Assembly: GCA_965116495.1 (NCBI GenBank)
Contig: OZ220696.1
Coordinates: 2,944,001 to 3,008,000 of the forward strand
Length of the DNA: 64,000 nt
Source of the DNA: Gammaproteobacteria bacterium
Lineage (GTDB): Bacteria > Pseudomonadota > Gammaproteobacteria > Eutrophobiales > Eutrophobiaceae
Direction: 5' to 3'
Below, piece by piece: positions 19,638-29,660 of the stretch. The position numbers were made by a program, and so were the translations under genes. Every line of letters starts with the position of its first letter. The first letter of the stretch is position 1. The notes under the pieces are model-generated. The model had not been told where the DNA came from. It searched no databases and was given only the letters and a program-made list of their open reading frames with translations.

Positions 19638-20081
19638 CTATTCGGTAAAAAACTGCTGCTTGAAGGAGAAACTCAAGGCAACGGACTCGCCTTCAGGGGT
19701 AATGCTCAGGTCAAAATCAAGGGTCTCTTCATTGTTCACGGCAGTTTCGGCGATGTAGTAAATGGACCCGTTTCCGCTTAATTCCCGGGTAGTCAGGGTT
19801 TTTAACTGCCGGGTGAGGTTGGTCGCGGTAGCTTCCACCTGCGCCTTGACCGGTTGACCCGTCGTTCCCATGACCTTCCTGAGCACTGAAATATTGAGAA
19901 TGGCCCGGTTTTTACTGCGGCGGATTTTGTAGAGCCGGGCAACCTCGGGCGACAACATATCAGTGGTAAAGGCAACGTAATGGATGGTGTAATCACCAAA
20001 CGTCTTTGATTGTTCGGCGCTGACAGTCATGCTGGCCGCCAATAACAACAATGTGATCAGGGCGGTTGCGATTCGGGGCAT
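19638..20081 (-). CDS. DUF4426-like periplasmic protein
   Basis: Signal peptide, HYVAFTTDMLSPEVARLYKI, YYIA; usual position after yggT. Confidence 0.8.
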   Translation of the reverse strand: MPRIATALITLLLLAASMTVSAEQSKTFGDYTIHYVAFTTDMLSPEVARLYKIRRSKNRAILNISVLRKVMGTTGQPVKAQVEATATNLTRQLKTLTTRELSGNGSIYYIAETAVNNEETLDFDLSITPEGESVALSFSFKQQFFTE

Positions 20082-20144
20082 CGGTTACTCCTTTCTGCTT
20101 GGGTGTTAAGAATACTATACCAGGGGCAAAACTGGCAACACGGT

Positions 20145-20726
20145 TCAGACGGCCAAGGCCCGTCCCAGCTCAGTCAGGGGTCTGACCAGCAGAATCAACG
20201 ACAGTTGCAGGAAGATGAATACCAGTATGGGGGAGAAGTCGATACCGTGGGTCGAAGGCAATAATCTGCGCGCCGGCCGCAGCAAGGGCTCGGATAATTG
20301 ATACATGAGAACCGTAATCGGGTTATAGGAGCCGGGGCTGATCCAGCTCAGGATGATCTGCACAAAGACTACGAACATGAAAATATAGATAATCAGTTTC
20401 AGCAGTTCCGCGATACTGATCAGAAGCAGGCCGATAAAGGCATAAGAAGTGCCATAGGCGATCAAGCTGATCAGGGAAAACTCAATAGCCTGGAGCGCGA
20501 CCATCAGGATGATGCAGGGCAGGTCGATCCCGCCTGACCCCGGGATGAAACGGCGCAACATGCGCAGCGGCGGGCCGGTCACCTGCAACAGGAATTGTGA
20601 GATGGGGTTACGGGAATCGGCCCGCACCGTCTGCAGCAGGAAGCGCAGCACCACAAACAGGATGTAAATGGAAAAAATTGTGTTGACCAGGTACAGCAAA
20701 GCATCGGTCAGGTAGGAACCGCTCAT
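20145..20726 (-). CDS. yggT: YggT family membrane protein
   Basis: Two YGGT repeats (NPISQF..T.P.L; IDFSP); follows proC. Confidence 0.92.
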   Translation of the reverse strand: MSGSYLTDALLYLVNTIFSIYILFVVLRFLLQTVRADSRNPISQFLLQVTGPPLRMLRRFIPGSGGIDLPCIILMVALQAIEFSLISLIAYGTSYAFIGLLLISIAELLKLIIYIFMFVVFVQIILSWISPGSYNPITVLMYQLSEPLLRPARRLLPSTHGIDFSPILVFIFLQLSLILLVRPLTELGRALAV

Positions 20727-20729
20727 CAG

Positions 20730-21551
20730 TCAGTCCCCCTGTTGTGCCAGTTCTATCGAACGGTCCCGGCTGGCAGTCAGCGCCCGGCGCAACAACTGCT
20801 CCAGCCCTCCCTCCTCGAATGCCTGCAGCGCTTTCTCGGTGGTGCCGCCCGGGGAGGTGACCCGTTGTCTCAGGGTGGCTGCATCCTCGCCGGTTTCCTT
20901 CAGCATCCTGGCCGCCCCCAATGCGGTTTCAACGCAAAGCAGGCGAGCCTGTTCCTGCGATAAACCCAGCTCTGCGGCGATCTTTGCCAGCAACTCAACG
21001 ACCAGGAAGAAATAGGCGGGACCACTGCCGGAGACGGCAGTGACGGTGTCCAGCAGGGCCTCGTCATCCAGCCAGACTGCGACGCCGACTGCTTGCATGA
21101 TGTGCGTTGCCACCCGGCGCTGGGCCGCGCTGACCTCAGCTGCCGCGTACAACCCGGTTGCACCGGCCCGTAGCAGGGCCGGCGTGTTGGGCATGGCGCG
21201 TACCACCGGGCAGGCGCCGCCGAGTGCAGCACTGATTGTCCCGGCGCGAATGCCGGCCGCAATGGACAGTATCAGGGGGCGTTTGGTTTGCAGGGCTTGT
21301 TTTACCTTGGCAAGCACCGCCCCGATCGTTTGCGGTTTGACCGCCAGGACAATAACGTCGGCGCCGGGGACACCTGCAGCGATGCTGTCTGCGCTGCGTA
21401 TAGCGTATTGTGTTTCAACCCGGCGGCGTTGATTTTCGTCCGGGTCAACGCCGAACAGGGAAGCAGTGGGATGGCCGTTGGCGATGAGTCCGCTAATGAG
21501 GCTCGTGCCCATGTTGCCGCAGCCGAGGAAGGTGATTTTCTGGTCCTGCAT
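20730..21551 (-). CDS. proC: Pyrroline-5-carboxylate reductase
   Basis: GCGNMG, LAVKPQ, RAMPNTP, SGSGPAY, VTSPGGTT; start at ATG 21551. Confidence 0.96.
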   Translation of the reverse strand: MQDQKITFLGCGNMGTSLISGLIANGHPTASLFGVDPDENQRRRVETQYAIRSADSIAAGVPGADVIVLAVKPQTIGAVLAKVKQALQTKRPLILSIAAGIRAGTISAALGGACPVVRAMPNTPALLRAGATGLYAAAEVSAAQRRVATHIMQAVGVAVWLDDEALLDTVTAVSGSGPAYFFLVVELLAKIAAELGLSQEQARLLCVETALGAARMLKETGEDAATLRQRVTSPGGTTEKALQAFEEGGLEQLLRRALTASRDRSIELAQQGD

Positions 21552-21600
21552 AACGCCGGAATCATACCAGTTCCCACCCGAACTTTCAGGGCAACGGGGA

Positions 21601-22287
21601 TCAGCGGGACCTTGGGCCGAACAGTGCTGTCCCAATTCGGACCACGGTTGCCCCTTCGGCTATGGCAGCCCGCAAGTCATTGGTCGTGCCCATGGACAAG
21701 GTGTCGAGCTGGAAGCCGCTGTCTATTAGCTGCTGCTGCAGACGGCGCAATCTCATGAAAGCGCGTCGTTGCATGGCGAAATCAGCCACGGGCGCGGGCA
21801 TCCCCATCAGACCTCTCAGTTTCAACCGGGTTAACGGAAGAACCTGTTCCGCCAGTTGTTGTACTGCATCCGGTTCAACCCCGGACTTGCTGGATTCAGC
21901 ATCAATGTTGACCTGGATACAGATATTCAGAGGGGGCATGTCCGGAGATCGCGCCGCGTTTAATCGACTGGCGATCTTGACGCGATCAACGGAGTGTACC
22001 CAGTGAAAACACCCGGCAATCTGGCGGGTCTTGTTGGACTGGATAGGACCGATGAAGTGCCAACGAAGAGAGTGCTCGCTTAATTGCTCGATTTTCGCCC
22101 GCGCCTCCTGCACGTAGTTCTCGCCGAAGTCCGATATTCCGTATTGCGCCAGAGCCAGGATATCGGCGGATTTCCTGGTTTTACTCACGGCCAGAAGTTT
22201 CACACTCCCGGCGTCCCGGCCGAACTGCTGCTCCGCTTGTACAATCTCCATGCGTAACTGCTGCAATCGATCAAACAGATTTTTCAT
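21601..22287 (-). CDS. yggS: PLP homeostasis protein YggS
   Basis: LLAVSKT, FGENYVQE, WHFIGPIQSNK, LSMG, RIGTALFG. Confidence 0.96.
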   Translation of the reverse strand: MKNLFDRLQQLRMEIVQAEQQFGRDAGSVKLLAVSKTRKSADILALAQYGISDFGENYVQEARAKIEQLSEHSLRWHFIGPIQSNKTRQIAGCFHWVHSVDRVKIASRLNAARSPDMPPLNICIQVNIDAESSKSGVEPDAVQQLAEQVLPLTRLKLRGLMGMPAPVADFAMQRRAFMRLRRLQQQLIDSGFQLDTLSMGTTNDLRAAIAEGATVVRIGTALFGPRSR

Positions 22288-22485
22288 GGGTACGGCCCGT
22301 ACGGAAAAGGGTTTCAATCAGCATTCTCCGTTTACTATAGTCAATTATGACAGACAAATAAAAAACGGCAGTCCGCATGCAACGGTTCGAAAGGAAATAT
22401 TCACCTGCTTTACCTGGTTTGATATAAGCGCCCCTGCAGAGAGACCCAGGTTCGGGCAGGCTTGACCTGCAGGATTGCAGGCAAT

Positions 22486-22512
22486 AAAAAAGGGTCCAGA
22501 GGACCCCTTTTT
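22486..22512. terminator. Bidirectional intrinsic terminator downstream of pqqA
   Basis: AAAAAA-GGGTCC-AGA-GGACCC-CTTTTT. Confidence 0.8.
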
Positions 22513-22532
22513 ATGCAACTTGTAATTATTAA

Positions 22533-22607
22533 TTACTTGTTGTTGATGTACATCGTAACTTCAAAACCGAAGCGGATGTCGCTGTATTCAGGAGTTTGCC
22601 AGTTCAT
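22533..22607 (-). CDS. pqqA: Pyrroloquinoline quinone precursor peptide PqqA (24 aa, not in ORF track)
   Basis: MNWQTPEYSDIRFGFEVTMYINNK; matches the PqqA pattern W..P...D.R.GFEVTMY with E-X3-Y; GGAG RBS upstream. Confidence 0.96.
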   Translation of the reverse strand: MNWQTPEYSDIRFGFEVTMYINNK

Positions 22608-22662
22608 TATACTTTCTCCAATTGGTTGATATTAAGGGTTAAAACTTCGCTGCCATTAATAA

Positions 22663-22678
22663 TGCAGGTTCTGTGCCA
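22663..22678 (-). promoter_or_regulatory. Sigma54 (-24/-12) promoter for pqqA
   Basis: Minus strand TGGCACAGAACCTGCA, exact GG-N10-GC spacing; IHF-like site AATCAGTTGGTTA at 22719-22731 just upstream. Confidence 0.8.
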
Positions 22679-22826
22679 AAATCAGGATTATTTTTAAATA
22701 ATAATTAATATCTTTATAAATCAGTTGGTTATAAATATATTAAGGGAAATGCGAAAATATATTGTGCGGGCGTGGTTCATATAAACTGGTTGTAATTATT
22801 CACAATTCTGGTTGTTGCCGACCATT

Positions 22827-22990
22827 TAACCCCCATTTCTCAGTGGGTGATGCGATGATCGCGCCGGATTTTTGCCCTCAGCGGGTGCCTGCGACCGAAA
22901 GCATAGCCGTAGCTATGGTTGAGAGAGCACGTGCCCGCTGAGGGCAAAAAGACAAGCGAGGGCGCGTCACCCAGTGAGAAATGGGGGTTA
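22827..22990. mobile_element. MITE, 164 bp, TA-bounded, 24-bp terminal inverted repeats
   Basis: TAACCCCCATTTCTCAGTGGGTGA ... TCACCCAGTGAGAAATGGGGGTTA (one mismatch); internal stem; homologous to 29661-30123. Confidence 0.85.
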
Positions 22991-23866
22991 GGGAAACACT
23001 TCCTCACCCTGGAACACCGGGCCGTCCACGCAGACCCGGCGCATGGAGACAGAACCGTTCTTGTAAACGGGCACCGTACAACCGGCGCAGCCCCCTACGG
23101 CGCATGCCATGTATTCTTCCAGTGAAACCTGGCATGGCAGGGAAAACTCCCTGGCCAGGCCGGCAACGGCCCGCAACATGGGTGTCGGTCCGCAACTGAA
23201 AATCTCGACCTGCCGGTGTTGTTCTGCGCCGAGCCCTGCCAGCCATTGCCGGGCCAGGTCGGTGACGAAACCATCATAACAACCGGGATAACCCTGCCTG
23301 CTGGTGAGGCGGCTGGCGATACTCCAGTCCTCCAGTAGCGGCATGCAGGCGATCGCCTCGCCCGGGACTCCCTCGACCATGATGCGTGAGGGCCTGGGGT
23401 TAAAGGGGAAAGGGATCTCGGAACCCATGATTACGAAGGGGTTCACGGTTTTTGCCTGTTTCATGATGTGCTCGGCGAGGAACACCATGGGGGGAATGCC
23501 CACCCCGCCGCCGATTAACAGGGGGATACTTCGATAACCGTGTTGTTTGAACGGGTTGCCTATGGGGCCCAGCAGGTTGATCCTGTCACCGGTCCGGGTC
23601 CCTGCCAGTTTATCCGTACCCAGGCCGTGAACCTTGTACAGAATATCAATCCATCCGGCGTCGGGGTCTGCACGCATGATCGACATGGGGCGGCGCATGG
23701 GCAGGTCTTCGTGACAACGCAGGTGGATAAAACTGCCCGGCAAGGCCCGTTGCGCCGTGTCGCCGGCTGCCAGGCGCAGGAGGTGCTGGCCGGCGCCCAG
23801 TGTCTGGTGTTGCAGGACCGCGGCGTCCTCGACAAAAATGCTGTCGCGGCTATACGGATGCGGCAT
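22988..23866 (-). CDS. pyrK: Dihydroorotate dehydrogenase B electron-transfer subunit (PyrK-like)
   Basis: RRPMSI FAD motif, GGGVGIPP, CGPTPM, MACAVGGCAGC...RVCVDGPVF [2Fe-2S] motif; last gene of the pyr operon. Confidence 0.85.
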   Translation of the reverse strand: MPHPYSRDSIFVEDAAVLQHQTLGAGQHLLRLAAGDTAQRALPGSFIHLRCHEDLPMRRPMSIMRADPDAGWIDILYKVHGLGTDKLAGTRTGDRINLLGPIGNPFKQHGYRSIPLLIGGGVGIPPMVFLAEHIMKQAKTVNPFVIMGSEIPFPFNPRPSRIMVEGVPGEAIACMPLLEDWSIASRLTSRQGYPGCYDGFVTDLARQWLAGLGAEQHRQVEIFSCGPTPMLRAVAGLAREFSLPCQVSLEEYMACAVGGCAGCTVPVYKNGSVSMRRVCVDGPVFQGEEVFP

Positions 23867-25149
23867 TACACAGTGTCCTGGAACGCCAGTTTGCCGCCGA
23901 CAATCGTATGGGTGACTTTGCCGTTCATCTCCCAGTTGTCGAAGGGTGTGTTTTTTCCGGCGCTGGCTAAATTATCCGCCTTGACGGTCCACTGCAGGTC
24001 CTCATCGAAGATGAACAGGTCGGCCCGTGCGCCGCCAGCCAGGCTCCCCGCGTCGATGCCTATGATAGACGCGGGCCGGCAGGTAAGTGCCTGCACGATT
24101 TGACCCAGGCTGAAGCCGCGGGCAGCAGCCAGGTTGAATGCCAACGGCGCCAGGACTTCCAATGTGGATGCACCGGGCTCGGTACTGCTGAAAGGTGCGG
24201 CCTTGGCGTCTTCATCGTGGGGTTGGTGGTCCGAGCAGACGGCATCGATGACGCCGGAGCGCAATCCATCCAGCAATGCCTGCCTGTCCCGGTCGGTGCG
24301 CAGGGGCGGCCACAGCCGGCATTGGGAATTGAAGCCGTCAACATCGACCTCCGAGAGATACAGGTAGGCAATGCCGGCATCCGCCGTGACCGGCAGTCCC
24401 TGTTGTTTTGCCGCGCCGATCAGTTCCACGCTACGGGCGCAGGACAAGCGGCAGAAATGCGCGCTGGTACCGGTCTGTTCGATCAGTAACAAGGCGCGGC
24501 TGATAGCTATCGTCTCCGCGGTTTCCGGGATCCCGGGTAAACCCAGGCGCGTGCTGATCCTGCCTTCGTGCATAACACCCTGGTTTCTCAGGTAACTGTC
24601 TTCCGGGTGGATAAACACGGGCAGGTCGAAACCGGCGGAGTATTCAAGCGCGCGCCGCAGTACTTCCGTGTCCACAATCGGCATATCGGCATTCGACAAA
24701 CCGACACAGCCGGCCCGTTTGAGGGCCGCCACTTCCGTTAACTGCCGGCCGTCCAGGCCCCGGGTCAGGGCGCCAAGGGGGTAGATGCGGGTTTTGTTGA
24801 GCCGGGACCGGCGCTCATGGATAAGCTCTACGACTGCCGGCGTGTCCGTGACGGGCCGGGTATTCGGCGGACAGACCATGCTGGTTACCCCGGCGCGCGC
24901 GGCCGCCTCCGATTCGGACGCGATGGTCGCCTTGTGCTCAAATCCCGGCTCGCGGGTATGTACGCTCAGGTCGACGATCCCCGGGCAAACATACTGTCCG
25001 TCCAGCGCTATTTCAATATCGGCGCTGAATCCTTCCATCCGCTTGCCGGCAGAGACGATCCTGCCGTCCGCGATGTACAGGTCGCCCTGTCCGTCAAGTT
25101 GTTGCGCGGGACAGATCAGGTGGCCGTTACTGATGGCGATACGCATCAC
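23866..25149 (-). CDS. pyrC: Dihydroorotase-like protein (probably inactive PyrC')
   Basis: [10 protein letters not shown] (first His lost), HFCRLS, SDHQPH, NTPF; follows pyrB. Confidence 0.88.
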   Translation of the reverse strand: MMRIAISNGHLICPAQQLDGQGDLYIADGRIVSAGKRMEGFSADIEIALDGQYVCPGIVDLSVHTREPGFEHKATIASESEAAARAGVTSMVCPPNTRPVTDTPAVVELIHERRSRLNKTRIYPLGALTRGLDGRQLTEVAALKRAGCVGLSNADMPIVDTEVLRRALEYSAGFDLPVFIHPEDSYLRNQGVMHEGRISTRLGLPGIPETAETIAISRALLLIEQTGTSAHFCRLSCARSVELIGAAKQQGLPVTADAGIAYLYLSEVDVDGFNSQCRLWPPLRTDRDRQALLDGLRSGVIDAVCSDHQPHDEDAKAAPFSSTEPGASTLEVLAPLAFNLAAARGFSLGQIVQALTCRPASIIGIDAGSLAGGARADLFIFDEDLQWTVKADNLASAGKNTPFDNWEMNGKVTHTIVGGKLAFQDTV

Positions 25150-26126
25150 TCGCTCCCCCCCGTGGCGTCGGGTGCGGTGCCCATCACCATGGCCATGACG
25201 GCCATGCGTATGGCTATGCCGTGGCTGACCTGCTGCAAAATAACCGACCTGTCCCCGTCGGCAACCTGCGAATCAATTTCTATTCCACGGTTAATCGGGC
25301 CGGGATGCATGACGATCACGTCGGGCTTGGCCACGCGCAGGCGCGCCTCGGTGAGGCCGAAACAGTGGAAGTACTCCTCCTCGCTGGGAAGGACGGCATT
25401 GTTGATGCGTTCCCGTTGCAGGCGCAGCATGGTGATGACGTCCACGTCCTGCAGCCCCTCGGTCAAATCATGAAATACCTGCACACCCAGACTTTCGATG
25501 TTTTCCGGGAGCAGGGTTTTGGGTGCAATTACGCGGATATCGCTGACCCCGAGGATATTAAGTGCATGTATTTCCGAGCGGGCAACCCGGGAGTGCGCAA
25601 TATCCCCGACAATTGCCACCCGCAGGGACTCAAAATCCGGTTTATGACGGCGGACGGTGAACATGTCCAGCATGGCCTGGGTCGGGTGGGCATGGCGTCC
25701 GTCCCCCGCGTTGACGATATGCACGTTCTCCGCCACCTGGCCGGCAATGAAATGCGCCGCGCCGCTGTTGCCGTGGCGTACCACGAACAGGTCGCAATGC
25801 ATCGCCTCCAGGGTATGCAAGGTATCCTGCAGCGTTTCGCCTTTGTTGGTGGCCGACGTGGCGATGTTGATGTTCAACACGTCGGCGGACAGGCGCTTGG
25901 CCGCCAGTTCAAACGTAGTACGGGTGCGGGTGCTTGATTCAAAAAACAGGTTGGCTACCGTCTTGCCGCGCAATAACGGCACTTTTTTAACGGCGCGTCC
26001 GCTTACGCTGGCGAAGGACTCGGCATAATCAAGGATACTTGTCAGAATTTGACGACTGAGGCCTTCCGTGGTCAGGAAATGTTTGAGGCGCCCTTGCTGG
26101 TCCAGTTGAATAGGGTGATCCGTCAT
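25146..26126 (-). CDS. pyrB: Aspartate carbamoyltransferase catalytic subunit
   Basis: [39 protein letters not shown]. Confidence 0.97.
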   Translation of the reverse strand: MTDHPIQLDQQGRLKHFLTTEGLSRQILTSILDYAESFASVSGRAVKKVPLLRGKTVANLFFESSTRTRTTFELAAKRLSADVLNINIATSATNKGETLQDTLHTLEAMHCDLFVVRHGNSGAAHFIAGQVAENVHIVNAGDGRHAHPTQAMLDMFTVRRHKPDFESLRVAIVGDIAHSRVARSEIHALNILGVSDIRVIAPKTLLPENIESLGVQVFHDLTEGLQDVDVITMLRLQRERINNAVLPSEEEYFHCFGLTEARLRVAKPDVIVMHPGPINRGIEIDSQVADGDRSVILQQVSHGIAIRMAVMAMVMGTAPDATGGSE

Positions 26127-26632
26127 TCTGTCGTCGTGACCTCCAGCGCCAGGGGTTCCGGGCCTGAGAGTTTTACATGCTGGTTTACGTCAAGGCTGAT
26201 ATGCTTTCCTGTCACGTCAGCCTGAATGGGTAATTCCCTGCCGCTGCGGTCCACCAGTACCGCCAGGCAGATACTCGCCGCCCGGCCGTAGTCGAATAAT
26301 TCATTCATTGCCGCGCGCACGGTACGGCCGGTGTAAAGTACGTCATCAATTAAAATCACATGGCGGTCCGTGACATCGAATGGCAGGCTGGAAGGTGTGA
26401 CCCGCGGGTGCAGGCCAATCCGGCTGAAATCGTCCCGGTAGAACGCGATATTCAGTTTGCCGAGTGGCAGGGTGGAGCCGAACAGTTGGTGCAATCGTTG
26501 CGCTATCCACACGCCGCCGCTGTGGATACCGATAAACAGGGGATCATATCTGTTGTATTTTTCCAGGTATCGTTCCAGCTCGGATTTCATCGTCTGGAGC
26601 AGTTGCTCCACATCGATATTATTTGACGGCAT
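26123..26632 (-). CDS. pyrR: PyrR regulator / uracil PRTase
   Basis: [32 protein letters not shown]. Confidence 0.95.
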   Translation of the reverse strand: MPSNNIDVEQLLQTMKSELERYLEKYNRYDPLFIGIHSGGVWIAQRLHQLFGSTLPLGKLNIAFYRDDFSRIGLHPRVTPSSLPFDVTDRHVILIDDVLYTGRTVRAAMNELFDYGRAASICLAVLVDRSGRELPIQADVTGKHISLDVNQHVKLSGPEPLALEVTTTE

Positions 26633-26650
26633 ATTTTAACTGAACGTTCT

Positions 26651-27091
26651 CTATTCACCGGTTATTGTATCATTTTTTGGCTTCATCGAGTTTTCTTGCA
26701 GCCACCCTTCCAGGATCACCTGGGCTGCGACATGATCCAGGTGCTCCTTGTTTCGTTGGCGGGTCCGGGCCTCGACAGTAGTGAGCCGTTCATCAGCGCG
26801 CAGCACGGGGAGACGGTAACGACCTTGCAGTCTTGCAGCGAATTTATCGGCGTCAGCACTGATCGGTTGGCGGCTGCCGTCAATATTCAAGGGGTTCCCC
26901 ACCAGCAGGGCCTGGGGATGCCATTGTCTGATAAGCGCACTGATCCGGTCCCAATCCGGGCGGTTGTTATGGACGGAAATGATCTCCAGAGGCGTAGCCG
27001 TATCAGTCAGTGTCTGACCTACCGCCACACCAATTCTTTTTGTACCGAAATCGAAACAGAGCAGGGTGGCGGGGCGTGATGCAGGTGTCAA
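26651..27091 (-). CDS. yqgF: Pre-16S rRNA nuclease YqgF/RuvX
   Basis: FDFGTKRIGVAVG, DERLTT, D.VAAQVILE. Confidence 0.95.
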   Translation of the reverse strand: MTPASRPATLLCFDFGTKRIGVAVGQTLTDTATPLEIISVHNNRPDWDRISALIRQWHPQALLVGNPLNIDGSRQPISADADKFAARLQGRYRLPVLRADERLTTVEARTRQRNKEHLDHVAAQVILEGWLQENSMKPKNDTITGE

Positions 27092-27657
27092 GCGTGCCCG
27101 AAACCGGTCGATATCTGGTGGTGATCGATGCCCAGCAAGGCAGTAGCCGAGGACCAGCGCAGTTCGCTGGGCGTATTGAAGATGATTTCTGAATCCGCTG
27201 ACACGTTAAGCCAAACGTTTTCCTTTATTTCCTCTTCCAATTGCCCGGCTGACCAGCCTGCGTAACCCAGGGCAATCAGGAAGTTTTGCGGCCCGGCGCT
27301 TTCCGCGATGGCAAGCAATATATCCCGGGAAGTCGTTACGCCCAGGGCACCACTCACGCTGATCGAGGAATCCCATTCCCTGCCCGGCTCGTGCAATACA
27401 AATCCCCGGTCGGTATGGACCGGCCCACCCTGGTAAACAGGCAGCTTTTCAATGGTTTCATCTTCCGGTTTCATCTGCATCTGTTCCAGGATTTCGCCCA
27501 GTTCGCAATGTGCCGGACGGTTGATCACCAGCCCCATTGCGCCTTCATCATTGTGCGCGCAGATGTAGGTAACGGTCTGGGAAAAATTGGGATCTCTCAG
27601 GCTGGGCATTGCAATGAGAAACTGATTTGTGAAGTTTGTGACAGAACTGGAAACCAT
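27088..27657 (-). CDS. yqgE: YqgE/AlgH family protein
   Basis: FLIAMP..DPNF, GGPV, LGYAGWSAGQLE. Confidence 0.95.
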   Translation of the reverse strand: MVSSSVTNFTNQFLIAMPSLRDPNFSQTVTYICAHNDEGAMGLVINRPAHCELGEILEQMQMKPEDETIEKLPVYQGGPVHTDRGFVLHEPGREWDSSISVSGALGVTTSRDILLAIAESAGPQNFLIALGYAGWSAGQLEEEIKENVWLNVSADSEIIFNTPSELRWSSATALLGIDHHQISTGFGHA

Positions 27658-27767
27658 AACTGTAATAGTATCCGTATCGGCGCCAGAAAGCCACCTGGAA
27701 ATAATAAACCGGTTAAATTAATCGTCCCCGGGCGGGATAATCGTTCCAGACAGGCTTGACAGACCGG

Positions 27768-28670
27768 CTACTTGAAAACGCGCTGATCCAGAAATTGCCA
27801 GGTCCTGGTAATGTGCAGGACGTCGGTTTCCGCGCGAATCGCATCGGGAAAAGGCGCGTACGGCGCCGCCAGCTCGACAATCCTGATTGCAGCATCATCC
27901 AGCACCTCGTGACCCGAGGAACGGCGGATTGTAATCTGGTTGATCTTGCCGTCCGGGTTCAATGCCACGTCCAGCACCAGGTCTCCGGCGAGCTTGCGTC
28001 TCCTGGCTTCCTCCGGGTAATTCAGGTTCCCCACCCGTTCCACTTTTGCGCGCCAGGCTTCCATGTAGGCGGCATATTTATATGCCCGGGTGCTGGCTGA
28101 TATGAAAGTCCTTTTCGGGCGCTTTGCCTTGCTTTCCAATTTGCGTTTTACCTCCGAACTCAAAGCTGCCATCTTCAGGCTGTTGCTGCGTAATTCGCTG
28201 GCGCTGGGGCGCTTTGTCTCGGGTTCGTCCGGGCTTTCCTCCAGTGCTTGAGGGGTTTTTTCCACCTCGACGGCCACAGGCTCCACGATTTCCTGCGCAG
28301 GCGCCGGTCCGGGGTCGGTATTGTCGGGTTCGGTGCGCGCTTCCTGCGCTTGTGTTTGCGTCGGCGCGGTAACTTCAGTTTGTTGTTCATGGGGGAGTGG
28401 CGGCACTGGTGATGCGGGGATGACCTCATCCGGGATATCCCCTCCCCCGCGCAGGTTTGCCTGCGCCAGGACGTCTGCTTCCGGCGCCGGTTCACTGGAT
28501 TGTTGTACCAGCACGATCTCCATGGATTCATAGCGCGGGTTGAGTTTATCCTCGGGCGCGAAAACGATTCCCAGGATGAGCAAGGCATGAAAGATCAAGG
28601 CAAGACAGAATGTCAGGCTCAGCCTGTCGCCAGGAGTCAGATGCGGGCGTATTGCAACAGAATCGTTCAA
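27768..28670 (-). CDS. TonB family energy transducer (TonB3-like)
   Basis: N-terminal TM, Pro/Glu-rich linker, TonB_C domain YPEEARR..SSG..LDDAA; gshB-tonB-yqgE synteny. Confidence 0.88.
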   Translation of the reverse strand: MNDSVAIRPHLTPGDRLSLTFCLALIFHALLILGIVFAPEDKLNPRYESMEIVLVQQSSEPAPEADVLAQANLRGGGDIPDEVIPASPVPPLPHEQQTEVTAPTQTQAQEARTEPDNTDPGPAPAQEIVEPVAVEVEKTPQALEESPDEPETKRPSASELRSNSLKMAALSSEVKRKLESKAKRPKRTFISASTRAYKYAAYMEAWRAKVERVGNLNYPEEARRRKLAGDLVLDVALNPDGKINQITIRRSSGHEVLDDAAIRIVELAAPYAPFPDAIRAETDVLHITRTWQFLDQRVFK

Positions 28671-28675
28671 GACGG

Positions 28676-29617
28676 TTACCGCAACTTCCCGGCTATACAG
28701 TCCATCACCTTTCCTGCAATATCATAGCTGTAGATCCGTTCCAGTTCCCTTACGCAGGTCGGGCTGGTTACGTTGATCTCGGTCAGGTAATCGCCGATAA
28801 CATCCAGACCGACGAAGACCAGTCCCAGTGCGCGCAACCGCGGTCCCACCTGTTCGCAGATCCACTGGTCGCGCTCGGACAGGTCAATTCCCTTGCCGGT
28901 GCCTCCCACGGCCAGGTTCCCGCGTATGTCACCGGATTTGGGAATGCGCGCCAGCGCATGTTCCATTGGGCGGCCGTCAACCAGCAGGATGCGTTTATCA
29001 CCCTGCGCGATTGCCGCCAGGTATTGTTGCGCCATAATAAAGCCCTGCGAGTTCCGGGTCAGGGTTTCTACGATGACGTTCCTGTTGGGGTCCTCCTTGT
29101 CAACCAGGAAAACCGAGGCGCCGCCCATGCCATCCAGGGGTTTGAGAACAACCTGCCCGTGCTGTTCCAGGAAAGCATGTATCTGCCGTGTATTACGGCT
29201 GATCAGGGTGGGAGCTATACACTGCGGAAATTGGGTGATGAAGGCTTTTTCATTGACGCTGCGCAGTGCGGCCGGGTTGTTGACGACAAGCGTGCCGCGC
29301 GCTGTCGCGTGTTCCAGGATATAGGTCATGTAGACGTATTCCATGTCAAAGGGCGGATCCTTGCGCATCAGGATCACGTCCAGATCCGAGAGAGCCAACT
29401 CAACCGAACGCTGGAATTGATACCAGTCTGACGCATCATCCGCGACCGTCATGAGGCGTGCATTTGCCCGCGCCGTGCTGCCGCTGAGATACACGTCGTC
29501 CATCTCCATGTAATGTATTTCCCATTCCCTGCGTTGAGCCGCCAGCAGCAATGCCAGGGTCGTGTCTTTTTCGACCTTGATCCCGGCAATAGGATCCATG
29601 ATTACGCCCAGTTTCAT
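28676..29617 (-). CDS. gshB: Glutathione synthetase
   Basis: MDPI, MRKDPPFD, KPLDGMGG, RGNLAVGG, EINVTSPT. Confidence 0.97.
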   Translation of the reverse strand: MKLGVIMDPIAGIKVEKDTTLALLLAAQRREWEIHYMEMDDVYLSGSTARANARLMTVADDASDWYQFQRSVELALSDLDVILMRKDPPFDMEYVYMTYILEHATARGTLVVNNPAALRSVNEKAFITQFPQCIAPTLISRNTRQIHAFLEQHGQVVLKPLDGMGGASVFLVDKEDPNRNVIVETLTRNSQGFIMAQQYLAAIAQGDKRILLVDGRPMEHALARIPKSGDIRGNLAVGGTGKGIDLSERDQWICEQVGPRLRALGLVFVGLDVIGDYLTEINVTSPTCVRELERIYSYDIAGKVMDCIAGKLR

Positions 29618-29660
29618 CTGAAAAACCCCGGCAAAGTTGAATAATTGTCGTCTACCCTGT

